From: a virus
Virus record (IMG/VR): IMGVR_UViG_3300030107_006096
Span: 1-64,000 of that record
DNA: 64,000 nucleotides
Reading direction: 5' to 3' (one strand)
The position numbers were made by a program, and so were the translations under genes. A model generated the notes under the pieces. That model had not been told where the DNA came from. It was given only the letters and a program-made list of their open reading frames with translations, and did no database searches. Below are positions 50,416-60,898 of the stretch, piece after piece (within the stretch, counting starts at the first letter, position 1; each line of letters starts with the position of its first letter).

Positions 50416-51315
50416 ATGAAAACTTTAGTGACGGGCGGTAATGGACTTGTAGGTTCAACAATCGATTCTGATTTTAAACCCACAAGAGAAGGCTTAGATC
50501 TCATGAACATAGATGAGATTTGTGAATATATTATTCACAATGACATAGATTCTATTGTCCACTGTGCTGCTAAGGTTGGTGGAATTAAGGCAAACACAGA
50601 ACAACTAGGTCAATTTTATTACGATAACATATCAATCAACACAAACATTCTTGAAGCGGCAAGAAAAACAAAAGTGAAGAAGGTAGTTTCTTTTCTTTCT
50701 ACTTGTGTTTTCCCAGAAGAAGCAACATACCCATTGACTTCAGATCAGATGCACAATGGAGAACCACATCCATCTAATTACGCATATGCTTATGCAAAAA
50801 GAATGCTAGAAGTTCAGAGTAGAGCTTACAGGGATGAGTACGGTTGCAATTTTATTACGGTAATACCGTGTAATATCTACGGTCCAAATGATAATTACAA
50901 TTTGGATTCCGGACATGTTATCCCGTCTCTAATTCATAAATGTTATCTAGCGAAAAAGAATAATACAGATTTTGAAATTTGGGGAACTGGAACTCCATAC
51001 CGTGAATTTATATATTCAAAAGATGTGGGATATCTTACTCAGTGGGCATTAGAGAACTATGATGATCCAGAACCTTTAATTCTTTCTCCTGATGAGGAAA
51101 TAAGCATTGCAACTATTGCTCAAGAGATTGCATGGAGAATGGGATTTGAAGGTAACATATTTTACAATCAGGAAAGAGATGGTATACATAGAAAACCATC
51201 TGATAACAGTAAAATAAAGTCACTGTTGCCTGAGTATAAGTTTGTTCCTATTGAAATGGGGCTAAAGGAAAGTATAGATTGGTTTATAAAAAATTACGAT
51301 GAGGCTAGAAAATGA
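50416..51315 (+). CDS. fcl: GDP-L-fucose synthase
   Basis: TGGNGLVG, AAKVGGI, STCVFP, YAYAKR, PCNIYGPNDN, HVIPSLI, WGTG.P.REF. Confidence 0.93.
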   Translation: MKTLVTGGNGLVGSTIDSDFKPTREGLDLMNIDEICEYIIHNDIDSIVHCAAKVGGIKANTEQLGQFYYDNISINTNILEAARKTKVKKVVSFLSTCVFPEEATYPLTSDQMHNGEPHPSNYAYAYAKRMLEVQSRAYRDEYGCNFITVIPCNIYGPNDNYNLDSGHVIPSLIHKCYLAKKNNTDFEIWGTGTPYREFIYSKDVGYLTQWALENYDDPEPLILSPDEEISIATIAQEIAWRMGFEGNIFYNQERDGIHRKPSDNSKIKSLLPEYKFVPIEMGLKESIDWFIKNYDEARK

Positions 51316-52301
51316 AAAGAGCATTAATTACAGGTATAAATGGTCAAGACGGATCATATCTAGCAGAGTTTCTGCTTGAAAAAGGATATGAAGTTCATGG
51401 TATTCTCAAGAGAAACTCTGTCGCAGAAAACCAGACTGCTCGTTTGGATAATTGTTATGAAGATTTACATTTATACTATGGAGATCTAACTGATCTATCA
51501 TCTTTAATTTCGATTCTACAAAAGGTACAACCCGATGAGGTTTATAACCTAGCAGCACAGTCTCATGTTCGCATTAGTTTTGATGTCCCTATCTATACTG
51601 CGTGTGCTACAGGATTGGGAGTTCTCAATGTATTTGAGGCATGTCGTCTAATATGCCCAAAGACTAAAATTTATCAAGCATCATCATCAGAGATGTTTGG
51701 AAACTGCATTGACGATGATGGATTTCAAAGAGAAACTACTGCTATGAGACCCGTAAGCCCTTACGGTTGTTCTAAAGTTTTCGCATACAACATAGCAAAG
51801 AATTATTGTCATTCGTATGATATGTTTATATCTAATGGAATTCTATTCAATCATGAATCACCAAGAAGAGGATCTAATTTTGTAACTAGCAAAGTTGTAA
51901 AGGCAGCAGTTGCAATTAAAATGGGCAAACAAAAAGAATTAAGAATGGGCAACTTAAATGCAAGTCGTGATTGGGGTCATGCAAAGGATTATGTAAAGGC
52001 TATGTGGATGATTCTTCAGCATGACACACCGGATGACTTTGTTTGCTCCACCGGCATTTCACACAACGTAAAATATCTTTGCGAATATACTTTCAATTCT
52101 CTTGATATGAACTATGAAGATTATATAATTACAGATGAAAAGTATCTTCGTCCAGAGGAATTGGAACATCTTAAGGGGGACTCTACTAAACTCAGAGAAA
52201 CTTTAGGATGGGAACCAGATTATACTTTTGAACAAATGATAGAAGAAATGATAGACGTTGAGCTTTCCAAGCACGGATTAAAACGAGAGGATATAGTATG
52301 A
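51312..52301 (+). CDS. gmd: GDP-mannose 4,6-dehydratase
   Basis: ALITGINGQDGSYLAE, NLAAQSHV, YQASSSEMFG, SPYG, GILFNHESPRRG, RDWGHAKDY. Confidence 0.96.
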   Translation: MKRALITGINGQDGSYLAEFLLEKGYEVHGILKRNSVAENQTARLDNCYEDLHLYYGDLTDLSSLISILQKVQPDEVYNLAAQSHVRISFDVPIYTACATGLGVLNVFEACRLICPKTKIYQASSSEMFGNCIDDDGFQRETTAMRPVSPYGCSKVFAYNIAKNYCHSYDMFISNGILFNHESPRRGSNFVTSKVVKAAVAIKMGKQKELRMGNLNASRDWGHAKDYVKAMWMILQHDTPDDFVCSTGISHNVKYLCEYTFNSLDMNYEDYIITDEKYLRPEELEHLKGDSTKLRETLGWEPDYTFEQMIEEMIDVELSKHGLKREDIV

Positions 52302-53251
52302 CAGTTGCAGAAGCCACAAAAGATTTTTTGTGGGTTGAAAAGTATAGACCTAAAAGCATTAATGAATGCGTTCTTCCAAACTCTATTAAAAAAACTTTCA
52401 AGCAAATGGTCGATTCTGGTGAATCTCAGAATTTGCTTTTGTCTGGAGGTGCAGGTTGCGGAAAGACAACTATTGCAAGAGCGTTGTGTAATGAATTGGG
52501 AGCAGACAATATCCTGATAAATTGTTCAGAGAATGGAAACATAGATACTCTTCGCACCACTATTCGAGAATTTGCAAGCTCTGTTTCTCTAACAAATTCA
52601 AAGAAGGTTGCTATCCTCGATGAGTTTGATTATTCGAATGCACAGAGTATTCAACCTGCACTGAGGGGAGCGATTGAAGAGTTTGCTAATAACTGTAGAT
52701 TTATTCTAACTTGTAATTATAAAAACAGAATCATTTCTCCTATTCATTCTCGTTGCACGAATATCGATTTCCAAATTCCAAACAAAGAGAAACCTATTCT
52801 CGCACTAGAGATGATGGAACGAATTAAATCTATTCTTAAAACAGAACAGGTAGATTTCGAAGACAAAGTTTTGGCAGAATTGATTCAAAAGTATTTTCCA
52901 GACTTCAGAAGAATCTTAAATGAGTTGCAAAGATATTCGGTTGGTGGTAAAATTGATGTAGGGATTCTATCTCAGATAGGAGAACTGAATGTAAAGCAAC
53001 TGATGAAGCACATGAAAGATAAAGATTTTTCAGGTGTTAGAAAATGGGTTGTTAAGAACTTGGATAATGATCAAACACAAATCTTCAGAAAGATATATGA
53101 TGGTTTGTATGATTATTTGGAGCCACAAAGTATTCCTTTAGTGGTGTTAATTCTAGGAGAGTATCAGCATAAAGCAGCTTTCGTTGCTGACGCTGAAATA
53201 AATATGGTTGCATGTCTAGTACAAATTATGATGGAAGCAGGATTTAAATAA
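52298..53251 (+). CDS. gp44: Clamp loader large subunit gp44
   Basis: LWVEKYRP, GGAGCGKTT, ILDEFD, HSRC, FPDFRR. Confidence 0.96.
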   Translation: MTVAEATKDFLWVEKYRPKSINECVLPNSIKKTFKQMVDSGESQNLLLSGGAGCGKTTIARALCNELGADNILINCSENGNIDTLRTTIREFASSVSLTNSKKVAILDEFDYSNAQSIQPALRGAIEEFANNCRFILTCNYKNRIISPIHSRCTNIDFQIPNKEKPILALEMMERIKSILKTEQVDFEDKVLAELIQKYFPDFRRILNELQRYSVGGKIDVGILSQIGELNVKQLMKHMKDKDFSGVRKWVVKNLDNDQTQIFRKIYDGLYDYLEPQSIPLVVLILGEYQHKAAFVADAEINMVACLVQIMMEAGFK

Positions 53252-54030
53252 TGTCTAAAGCTATAGAAAATTTTGACGAGTCTTTATACACACATAATTT
53301 CATTACAGATCTTTATGATGAGGGATTTATGGAGAGATCATATCAAGACAAAAGAGTTCAAAATATAAATTTTGCTAGAATCTTGATAGATTTTTTCAAA
53401 TTTGATAATCGAAGTGTAGTCGATTTTGGATGTGGAACAGGTGTTCATTTAAATGTGTTCAAAGAAAGAGGTTGCGAAGTTCGAGGATTTGAATATTCAT
53501 ATGACGCAGCAAAACCACAACATGAGAAGATGGGACTTACTGAAGAGGAAATTACATTTGGTGATGTTTCTGAACCGATTAAGCTGTCTAAAAAGTATGA
53601 TGTTGCAATGTCCATAGAAGTTGCAGAACATATCCCGAAAAGTAAAAGCGATAATCTAGTTTCAAATCTAGTCAACGCTACGGATGGGATTATATTTTTT
53701 ACTGCTGCTGGTCCAAACCAAAGCGGAACTGGTCATATTAATTGTCAACCAAAGGATTTTTGGAGATCTAAATTCGCAAAACATGGTTGGTATATACCAC
53801 TCGCAGAAAATAAATGGAGTTACATTGCGCCGATTGTAGATAAATTCACCCCAGTTAATTATCCCTGCACATGCAATCCAAGAGCGGTATGGTATTGGTT
53901 AGTATCTAATTTAATGATATTCCAGAAAGAAGAAAAGATACAAGAATGCTTCGCTTATATAAGAGAACTAGAACACGGACCGGAATGGAATTATGAGGAC
54001 CCATTGAAGGGTTTAAAAATTTATGACTAA
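53251..54030 (+). CDS. Class I SAM-dependent methyltransferase
   Basis: VVDFGCGTG, SIEVAEHIP, FTAA.P.Q.G.GHIN. Confidence 0.85.
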   Translation: MSKAIENFDESLYTHNFITDLYDEGFMERSYQDKRVQNINFARILIDFFKFDNRSVVDFGCGTGVHLNVFKERGCEVRGFEYSYDAAKPQHEKMGLTEEEITFGDVSEPIKLSKKYDVAMSIEVAEHIPKSKSDNLVSNLVNATDGIIFFTAAGPNQSGTGHINCQPKDFWRSKFAKHGWYIPLAENKWSYIAPIVDKFTPVNYPCTCNPRAVWYWLVSNLMIFQKEEKIQECFAYIRELEHGPEWNYEDPLKGLKIYD

Positions 54031-54050
54031 TTTACAGATGGAGACAAATT

Positions 54051-54359
54051 ATGACAGAATATAGGCCACAAGGATCATGGTTATTTTTAGAAAAAGTTGA
54101 TTACGAAGAAGAAATAACAACGGAATCTGGTATTGTATATAAAGCAAAACAGGTTCTAGATACAGTTTATGTGGAAGCAACTATCTTAGCAATGGGACCG
54201 GGATTGCCCCTTCCTAGTGGAGAGATCCCAACTCCAGAATATTCAGTTGGTGATAAAGTTCTATATGATGTCCGATCCAGAAAAGGAACATATAAAGAGT
54301 ATGATATGATTCGTATGGAGGATGTAGTTTCAATCGTGGATGAAGATGAAGCTGAGTAA
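54051..54359 (+). CDS. groES: GroES-like co-chaperonin
   Basis: TTESGIV mobile loop, ILAMGPG, VGDKVLY; 102 aa. Confidence 0.85.
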   Translation: MTEYRPQGSWLFLEKVDYEEEITTESGIVYKAKQVLDTVYVEATILAMGPGLPLPSGEIPTPEYSVGDKVLYDVRSRKGTYKEYDMIRMEDVVSIVDEDEAE

Positions 54360-54729
54360 TTTTTTAAATTCGATTAATCATGAAAAGAATGATCTATTCT
54401 CAGACGATACGGAGTATGCTGAGAAGATGTATCAGCCATTTGTGATAAACAGATCTCTATCTTATTTTCCTGATACTATTTTTCATGCGAACGAGATGAA
54501 TGTTTTAAATTCTCTCTCTGAAAAAATGCAGTATGATTATTTGAAATGTTCTATTCGCAAAAGAAAAAGATTCAGCAAATGGATTAAGAATGATAAAATC
54601 GATGATTTGGATCTCATAAAAGAATATTTTAACTATTCAAACAGCAAAGCTGAAGAGGCGCTGAGAGTTCTTACAGAGGATGCCATAGAGGAAATCCGCA
54701 AAAGAACATACACAGGGGGGGTTAAATAA
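54340..54729 (+). CDS. gp62: Clamp loader small subunit gp62
   Basis: YQPFVINRSLS, ANEMN, RKRKRFSKW, YFNYSNSKA. Confidence 0.93.
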   Translation: MKMKLSNFLNSINHEKNDLFSDDTEYAEKMYQPFVINRSLSYFPDTIFHANEMNVLNSLSEKMQYDYLKCSIRKRKRFSKWIKNDKIDDLDLIKEYFNYSNSKAEEALRVLTEDAIEEIRKRTYTGGVK

Positions 54730-54772
54730 TTTTATAGCATATATATTAGGTGAACTAATTAAGGAAAATGCT

Positions 54773-55180
54773 ATGAGTGATGATGTTTTTAAAGGACTTG
54801 GAGTCGAAGTAAAATTAAATAATGAAGATGACTTTTTGAAGGTGTGTGAAACTTTAACAAGAATTGGTATTTCCTCCAAGAAAGAAAATAAACTTTACCA
54901 ATCTTGTCATATCTTACATAAAAGAGGAAGATATGCAATTCTTCATTTCAAAGAGTTGTTTGTTCTGGATGGTTTAGAGACTGATATATCTGTGACTGAT
55001 ATAGGAAGAAGAAATAAGATCGCAGATCTTTTAGATGAGTGGGAGTTAGTAGAAATTATTGATCCTGAAAGATATGAGGAACCGCAAATATCTTTAGCTC
55101 AACTGAAAATTCTTCCCTATAAAGAAAAAGATGACTGGAATTTGATACCCAAATACCATATTGGGAACTATAGAAAATGA
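54773..55180 (+). CDS. regA: Translational repressor RegA
   Basis: DFLKVCETLTRIGI, LYQSCHILHKRG, HFKELF.LDG. Confidence 0.96.
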   Translation: MSDDVFKGLGVEVKLNNEDDFLKVCETLTRIGISSKKENKLYQSCHILHKRGRYAILHFKELFVLDGLETDISVTDIGRRNKIADLLDEWELVEIIDPERYEEPQISLAQLKILPYKEKDDWNLIPKYHIGNYRK

Positions 55181-55186
55181 GTAACT

Positions 55187-55873
55187 ATGTCAAAATTATT
55201 AATCAAATTTCCTTCTCGGAACAGACCTGACAAGTTCAAAAAGGTTCTGAGAAAGTACATCGATTTTCTTTCAGGAAATCATGATGTTCGTTTTGTCATC
55301 TCTATGGATGAAGATGATAAAAAAATGAACACGAAAGATATAAAAACATTTCTAAAGAGACTTCGTAAAGGTGGAGTAGATCTCGTTTATCATTACGGAA
55401 ACTCAAAAAGTAAAGTTGAGGCATGTAATGCAAATATGGAAAATGAAAATGCAGATGTAATCATGTTGATCTCGGATGATATGATTCCTCAACTTAGAAA
55501 TTATGACGATGTAATTTTTGAATACTTTTCAAAGGCATTTCCAGATTTTGATGGTGGTATCAAGTTTCACGATGGACTCAGAAATGATATACTAATGACT
55601 CTTCCTATCATTGGCTGGAAAGTTTATGAGAAGTGGGGATACATCTATCATCCCGATTACACTTCTTTATATTGTGATACTGAACAAACTTTTGCTTTAC
55701 AGATAATGGGAAAGTTAGCAGCGGTTGATATTTGTCTTGCGAAACATGAATGGACACCAGAACCTTTTGATGAACTTCATGCAAGAAATGAAAATGCACA
55801 GATGTATCACAAAGATGGTGCAGTTTTCCAAAGAAGAAAAATGAATAATTTTGATGTAGGAGTTTTATCGTGA
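55187..55873 (+). CDS. Glycosyltransferase, GT-A fold (GT2-like)
   Basis: KFPSRNRP, SDDM (DxD-like), YCDTE, C-terminal His. Confidence 0.75.
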   Translation: MSKLLIKFPSRNRPDKFKKVLRKYIDFLSGNHDVRFVISMDEDDKKMNTKDIKTFLKRLRKGGVDLVYHYGNSKSKVEACNANMENENADVIMLISDDMIPQLRNYDDVIFEYFSKAFPDFDGGIKFHDGLRNDILMTLPIIGWKVYEKWGYIYHPDYTSLYCDTEQTFALQIMGKLAAVDICLAKHEWTPEPFDELHARNENAQMYHKDGAVFQRRKMNNFDVGVLS

Positions 55874-56784
55874 GTGAAACTATTTTATCTTATTGTTTGT
55901 TTGAACCAATTACTATGCACTTACATAGAACTTGGGACAAAAATAGAATGGAAATGAATCGGTATTGGTATAACATACCTGCACTTCTAATTGCAAACGA
56001 AATACTATATCCTAATTTTGATACTAGATTTTATATAAGTCCCAGTGTTAAAAATAATCCTCTTTTTCCTATATTGAAAGACACAGGGGTTCAGGTGGAA
56101 GAAGTTGAATTAGAATTTGAAAGAACTTCAGAACCCATGTTATGGAGAATGATGCCTCTTTGGGATGATGTTTCTTGTTTTTTCACAAGAGATGTTGACT
56201 CAATTCCAAACAGAGAAGAGGCACAATGCACCTTGTACTTCAAGAATAGTGATCACCATATTCAAACAATAAGATCGCATGAGAATCACTATCATGAACA
56301 GGGATGTGATATGTTAGGAGGTCTTTCTGGATTTAAACCTAAACTGATAAAGAAGAAACCACAAAATTTTACAAGCTATTACAAATCTAAAAATGATATG
56401 CCTTGGGCCCAAGATCAATATCTTATGGTCAATACTTTCATATATTCACAAGAGGATAAGTATATCAATAAGAGATTTTTAGATTGTCCTATAAACAACC
56501 AGAGCAGATCAGCAAAGTTTTCTTGTTCGGAAATAAATGAGAAACAAAAAAATACTATTTCTTTCTCTCAAAAACAAGAAGAGGTTTTAGAAATAATAGA
56601 AAGAAATAACATAAGCACATGGGCAGGAGAACCTTGCGACACAAGAGGAAACATTCTAAAACAATTTTTATCATTAGATACAAAGATGGGAAGAAAGATA
56701 AATAAACTATTCAAGAGTGATGATTCTATTGCGAATTTTTATGGAGTATGTAATGAAGATTTATCTAAACAAGTCGTCGCATAA
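55870..56784 (+). CDS. Putative glycosyltransferase-like protein
   Basis: MLWRMMPL, RDVDS (DxD), IRSH..H, MLGGL, DQ pattern; island context. Confidence 0.55.
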   Translation: MSETILSYCLFEPITMHLHRTWDKNRMEMNRYWYNIPALLIANEILYPNFDTRFYISPSVKNNPLFPILKDTGVQVEEVELEFERTSEPMLWRMMPLWDDVSCFFTRDVDSIPNREEAQCTLYFKNSDHHIQTIRSHENHYHEQGCDMLGGLSGFKPKLIKKKPQNFTSYYKSKNDMPWAQDQYLMVNTFIYSQEDKYINKRFLDCPINNQSRSAKFSCSEINEKQKNTISFSQKQEEVLEIIERNNISTWAGEPCDTRGNILKQFLSLDTKMGRKINKLFKSDDSIANFYGVCNEDLSKQVVA

Positions 56785-57538
56785 AGGAGATACATTCCGA
56801 GAGTTACTTGGAATGTGGGAAGAGTCTGGTTACTGTAAATTGCATAAATCCAATGACAGATTTTGTTGGGTGAATGGAGTTGGTAACATTTTGCTATATG
56901 AATATGCAAGATTTGATTTCATTCCAAACATGTGGAAATTTGGACTCTTTTCCAATAGTCAACTTTTCTATGGCAACTGCTCTCCTTGGATATTTTGGGC
57001 AAGACATCCCAGAAAGTTAGAAAAATCTATTGACGAGGGAATTCTTTCTTATTCCGAAAGAGACACCTCTTCTATTTTCCTAGGAAAAATAGAAAATCAA
57101 ATACAATATAATGGAAGAATGGGAAAGGATTGGGGCGAAGTTATAGAAGAATTTAGTATGCCAATTTCTTTTGGTGATTCTAAATCTTATCCATACACAC
57201 AAGAACAATATTTAAATAAAGTAAAAAGTTCTAAGTTCGGACTGGTGTTGCCTGGTTATGGACCTAAATGTAACAGAGAAATAGAATACTTTGGTTTGGG
57301 CACAGTTCCAATCTATACAACAGATACTGGCCTTCATTATTACGATAGTCTTAAGGAAGGTGTTCATTATTTAATGGTAGAATCACCAGAAGAAATTCCT
57401 TCTTTGTTGGAAAAAATAGACGAAAAAACTTGGAATGAACTTTCATCAAACGGTAGAGAATGGTACAATAAAAATTGTTCTCGCAAAGGATCCTTTGAAA
57501 CTACACAAAAAATTATAAAGGAACATGCCGGTGGATGA
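56753..57538 (+). CDS. Exostosin/GT47-like glycosyltransferase
   Basis: YL..VKSSKFGLVLPGYGPKCNREIE...LGTVP; GGAG RBS favours ATG 56753. Confidence 0.65.
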   Translation: MKIYLNKSSHKGDTFRELLGMWEESGYCKLHKSNDRFCWVNGVGNILLYEYARFDFIPNMWKFGLFSNSQLFYGNCSPWIFWARHPRKLEKSIDEGILSYSERDTSSIFLGKIENQIQYNGRMGKDWGEVIEEFSMPISFGDSKSYPYTQEQYLNKVKSSKFGLVLPGYGPKCNREIEYFGLGTVPIYTTDTGLHYYDSLKEGVHYLMVESPEEIPSLLEKIDEKTWNELSSNGREWYNKNCSRKGSFETTQKIIKEHAGG

Positions 57539-58232
57539 TTCAATCACTGTTATACTTACAGTCTGGAAAAGACATAATTTAGAAGAGCAGTTGATTGCAA
57601 TTAAAGATCAGACTGCCAATATTGATTCTATCTACGTTTATCAAAACGAATCACATGTTGATATAAGTCATCTAAAAGAAAAGTATGACTTCAAACATGT
57701 GCAATCTAAAGACATGAACTTCAAGTTCCACGGAAGATTCACCCTTCCTTTATTATTTGAAACAAAATATACAGCAATATTTGATGATGATACTATTCCA
57801 AATAAAGGATGGTTGCAGCATTGTAAAAATCTTTGCGACAGTAAAAATTGTATAGTTGGAGCCAACTGTAGAAATAACGACGGATCGGGTCATGGCCTTT
57901 GTGATGGTAAACTAAATGCAGATCCTATCAAATGTGATATTGTTGGTCACTGTTGGTTCTTTAAAACAGAATGGATTCATCACATGTGGAGAGAACCCGC
58001 CTTCACTTTCGACAACGGAGAGGACATACATTTCTGTGCATCATGTCAAATATATGGTGGTATAGATTCTTATCTTCCTTCACAAACACAGCAGGACATG
58101 GACAACTGGGGAGATACAAGACCTCTGTTGGGAGCAGACAACCACGCTACATGGAAACGAGAAGATCACAATCCAATACGAAAACAGCTATATGAATATT
58201 GGATTTCAAAAGGATGGAAGGTTACAAAATGA
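57525..58232 (+). CDS. Glycosyltransferase, GT-A fold (GT2-like)
   Basis: ITVILTVWKR, IFDDD, GEDI. Confidence 0.75.
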   Translation: MPVDDSITVILTVWKRHNLEEQLIAIKDQTANIDSIYVYQNESHVDISHLKEKYDFKHVQSKDMNFKFHGRFTLPLLFETKYTAIFDDDTIPNKGWLQHCKNLCDSKNCIVGANCRNNDGSGHGLCDGKLNADPIKCDIVGHCWFFKTEWIHHMWREPAFTFDNGEDIHFCASCQIYGGIDSYLPSQTQQDMDNWGDTRPLLGADNHATWKREDHNPIRKQLYEYWISKGWKVTK

Positions 58233-58933
58233 TTTCAATTAGATATTTTCCTCCGGACTGGGGCTTCGGAAACAGAATGTTGTACTACAATAACTTAAGA
58301 CAGATTGCCGAGAACAATGCAGACTCTTGGTCCTGTGTTCCTTGGGAAGGTCATGACATGTTTAGAGGTAACATGTTAGGGGAAAAGGCAATGGGAAATC
58401 TTGTACTGAATCCTTGTCTTGGGGAAAAGTTTTTTGAAATGCATAGCGTTCCAACAAGAGAGATCTTTCAACTGAATGAAGAAAAACATTTTGAAGGGAA
58501 AGTTGCCGCAGTTCATTTCAGGGGTGGTGATTTTTTCCAATGGAATCCTGATGCTGTTTTAGATAAAGATTACTATCTGAATGCAGTCGATTCTATTAAA
58601 GATGAAGTTGATAAGTTTATACTCTTCACAGAAGATGAATCTTTGCCTTCCTATTCCGCTGTTGAAAAATATTTCGAGGATGAGGGAGTTGACTACGACA
58701 TTGGTGATAATCAAAGAAGCAATTATGTTGATGATTTTAGAAACATGTCGGCTTGTGATTATATTATTTCTAGTCCATCAACTTTTTGTATTTGTTCTGC
58801 CATGATAGGAAACAAAACTAATGTAATCCATTCTAAAAAATGGATAGATAATAGAGTGAACGCTCAAGATAAATTTTGGGTAGATTTAAACAACGGCGGA
58901 AATGAAGATTATTCAATATGGAGATTAGTATGA
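58229..58933 (+). CDS. GT11-like alpha-1,2-fucosyltransferase
   Basis: GFGNRM, VHFRGGDF (HxRxGD), YY..A, D..MS.CD.II.S.STF. Confidence 0.8.
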   Translation: MISIRYFPPDWGFGNRMLYYNNLRQIAENNADSWSCVPWEGHDMFRGNMLGEKAMGNLVLNPCLGEKFFEMHSVPTREIFQLNEEKHFEGKVAAVHFRGGDFFQWNPDAVLDKDYYLNAVDSIKDEVDKFILFTEDESLPSYSAVEKYFEDEGVDYDIGDNQRSNYVDDFRNMSACDYIISSPSTFCICSAMIGNKTNVIHSKKWIDNRVNAQDKFWVDLNNGGNEDYSIWRLV

Positions 58934-59550
58934 ATTATGAGAAGTATTGGATAGATGGGATGGGACTACACTCCACCCAACTAGAAAAAATTGCACAAAT
59001 TCTAAAAACCGGAGTCAAAAATGTGGTTGAATTTGGTTCTGGTAAATCCACTGAGTTCTTAGTTGATTTCAGAGAAGAGAATGAACTAGATTATGAAATA
59101 TGTTCATTTGATCATCATCCATTTTATGGATATAAAGAGACTCATGATTTCTTAACAACACATCGTCGAGACATAGTTCGATGTAGTGATGAATGTTATG
59201 AAGAAATGTTTAATGAGAAGAAATACAATAAGTCCTGTTTTGTTAACTGTCAAAATGAAATGGATAATTTTCGAATTAAAAATTCTTTTTATGATATAAC
59301 AGAGGAATATTTACCAGAAAATATAGATTTGGTTATTCTAGATGGACCCAATGGAAATGGTAGAAGTATATCATTTCTACATTTAAAAGATAAGTTGTCT
59401 AAAGAGGCACACATTCTAATCGATGATTCAGATCATTATGATTTTGTAGAACGAAGTAAAAAAATATTAGATGTAGAGGTTATTGTTCATGAAAATGATA
59501 CCTCAATCCATCCGTTATTCAATTACGCATTATTAAAGGTGACATCATGA
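58930..59550 (+). CDS. Class I SAM-dependent methyltransferase
   Basis: VVEFGSGKST, LVILDGP, ILIDD. Confidence 0.8.
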   Translation: MNYEKYWIDGMGLHSTQLEKIAQILKTGVKNVVEFGSGKSTEFLVDFREENELDYEICSFDHHPFYGYKETHDFLTTHRRDIVRCSDECYEEMFNEKKYNKSCFVNCQNEMDNFRIKNSFYDITEEYLPENIDLVILDGPNGNGRSISFLHLKDKLSKEAHILIDDSDHYDFVERSKKILDVEVIVHENDTSIHPLFNYALLKVTS

Positions 59551-60350
59551 ATAAAGTATATCTAAAGACATATTTTTATGTCCCTCATGAAATAGATTTT
59601 TTGATTATGAATTTATTAGAGTCTTATGATCACATAGACAAATTTATCATATGTGAATGTAATAGGACACACACTGGTCAACCTAAAGAATTTATCTTCG
59701 AAGAATATCTAGATAGATTCCCAGAAGAATTCAGAGACAAAATTTTGTACATTCCTTGTAACATTGAAGATTACACTGTAGAGGCATATGAGAACGAGGA
59801 TGACATTCATAATATCAACGAACCTGTAATGAGAAGTTTCTTTATGAAACAGATGACTTTTAATGATGATGACATTATTCTTTCAGTTGATGCAGATGAA
59901 ATTATCTATAGGGATGCTTACAAATACATCATCAAAGAAGTAAAAGAAAAAGATTTGGTAAGATTCAATCTACATCAGTTCTTCTACAAAAAGACTTATT
60001 TGTGGGAAGGTAAAGATTTTGTTTCGCCAATAGCAGCGAAATATAAAGTATTTAAAAATCATTTCCCCTGTAACTGGAGAGATGTTGGACCTATTCTTCC
60101 AATAAAGGTTGGTTGCCATTTCTCATGGTGCATGACTCCAAAGGAAATGGTTCATAAACTCCACACATATAGTCATCCCAGATATAGATTTTGTGCGGAC
60201 GAAGAGGTATTGAAGAATGCTATTGATAATAAAGAATATCCGTTTGATGAAAATGTAGATTTTAATATTGTAGAACTTGATTATAATCATGAGGTGTTAC
60301 CAGAATGTCTGAAAAGTCAATCGCAATACTTGGAAAAGGCCCCAGTGTAG
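59547..60350 (+). CDS. GT17-like glycosyltransferase
   Basis: FIICE...THTG.PK, ILSVDADEI, GCHFSW. Confidence 0.75.
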   Translation: MNKVYLKTYFYVPHEIDFLIMNLLESYDHIDKFIICECNRTHTGQPKEFIFEEYLDRFPEEFRDKILYIPCNIEDYTVEAYENEDDIHNINEPVMRSFFMKQMTFNDDDIILSVDADEIIYRDAYKYIIKEVKEKDLVRFNLHQFFYKKTYLWEGKDFVSPIAAKYKVFKNHFPCNWRDVGPILPIKVGCHFSWCMTPKEMVHKLHTYSHPRYRFCADEEVLKNAIDNKEYPFDENVDFNIVELDYNHEVLPECLKSQSQYLEKAPV

Positions 60351-60898
60351 ACAAGTGTACGAAAGAGTTTATTGATTCTTTCGACGAAGTTGCTGCTTGT
60401 GGAAGACCTGTTTTTACAGGTTATGAACATCTAATTGGCAACAGAGCAAAGTATGATTTTGCAAATAGAACTGCTACTCCATACACACAAGAGGAAGCAC
60501 AGAGATTAGGCATAGAACACTTCATTGATACTGGAGGAGGCACAAAAATCAGAGAAAGATTTAGTCATGGAGACTTAGATCCTTCAACTGGCATCCTAGC
60601 TTTTCATCATTTCCTAGAAAAACCAGAGTATACTAAGATTGCCTTGATTGGTTTTGATTTGTTTCAAACAATGGAGAAGGTGTATTATTATAAAAATGAA
60701 GAATTTGATCCTGCTTTAACATGGTTATGGGAAAATGGAACATACGATTCGGAAGGAAGGTTGACCATTGTTAGTGGTCATAAGACAGAGTTGATATTTA
60801 AATATCTAAATGACATGTTTGATTTATATAAAGATAAACAATTTTACATCATGTCTTCTTATAAATTTAGTGAAAAGGAAAATTTAAAAGTATTATGA
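60305..60898 (+). CDS. GT29/sialyltransferase-like protein
   Basis: IAILGKGPS...FIDSFDEV (motif L-like), PSTG...LIGFD..YY (motif S-like), H...E. Confidence 0.6.
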   Translation: MSEKSIAILGKGPSVDKCTKEFIDSFDEVAACGRPVFTGYEHLIGNRAKYDFANRTATPYTQEEAQRLGIEHFIDTGGGTKIRERFSHGDLDPSTGILAFHHFLEKPEYTKIALIGFDLFQTMEKVYYYKNEEFDPALTWLWENGTYDSEGRLTIVSGHKTELIFKYLNDMFDLYKDKQFYIMSSYKFSEKENLKVL

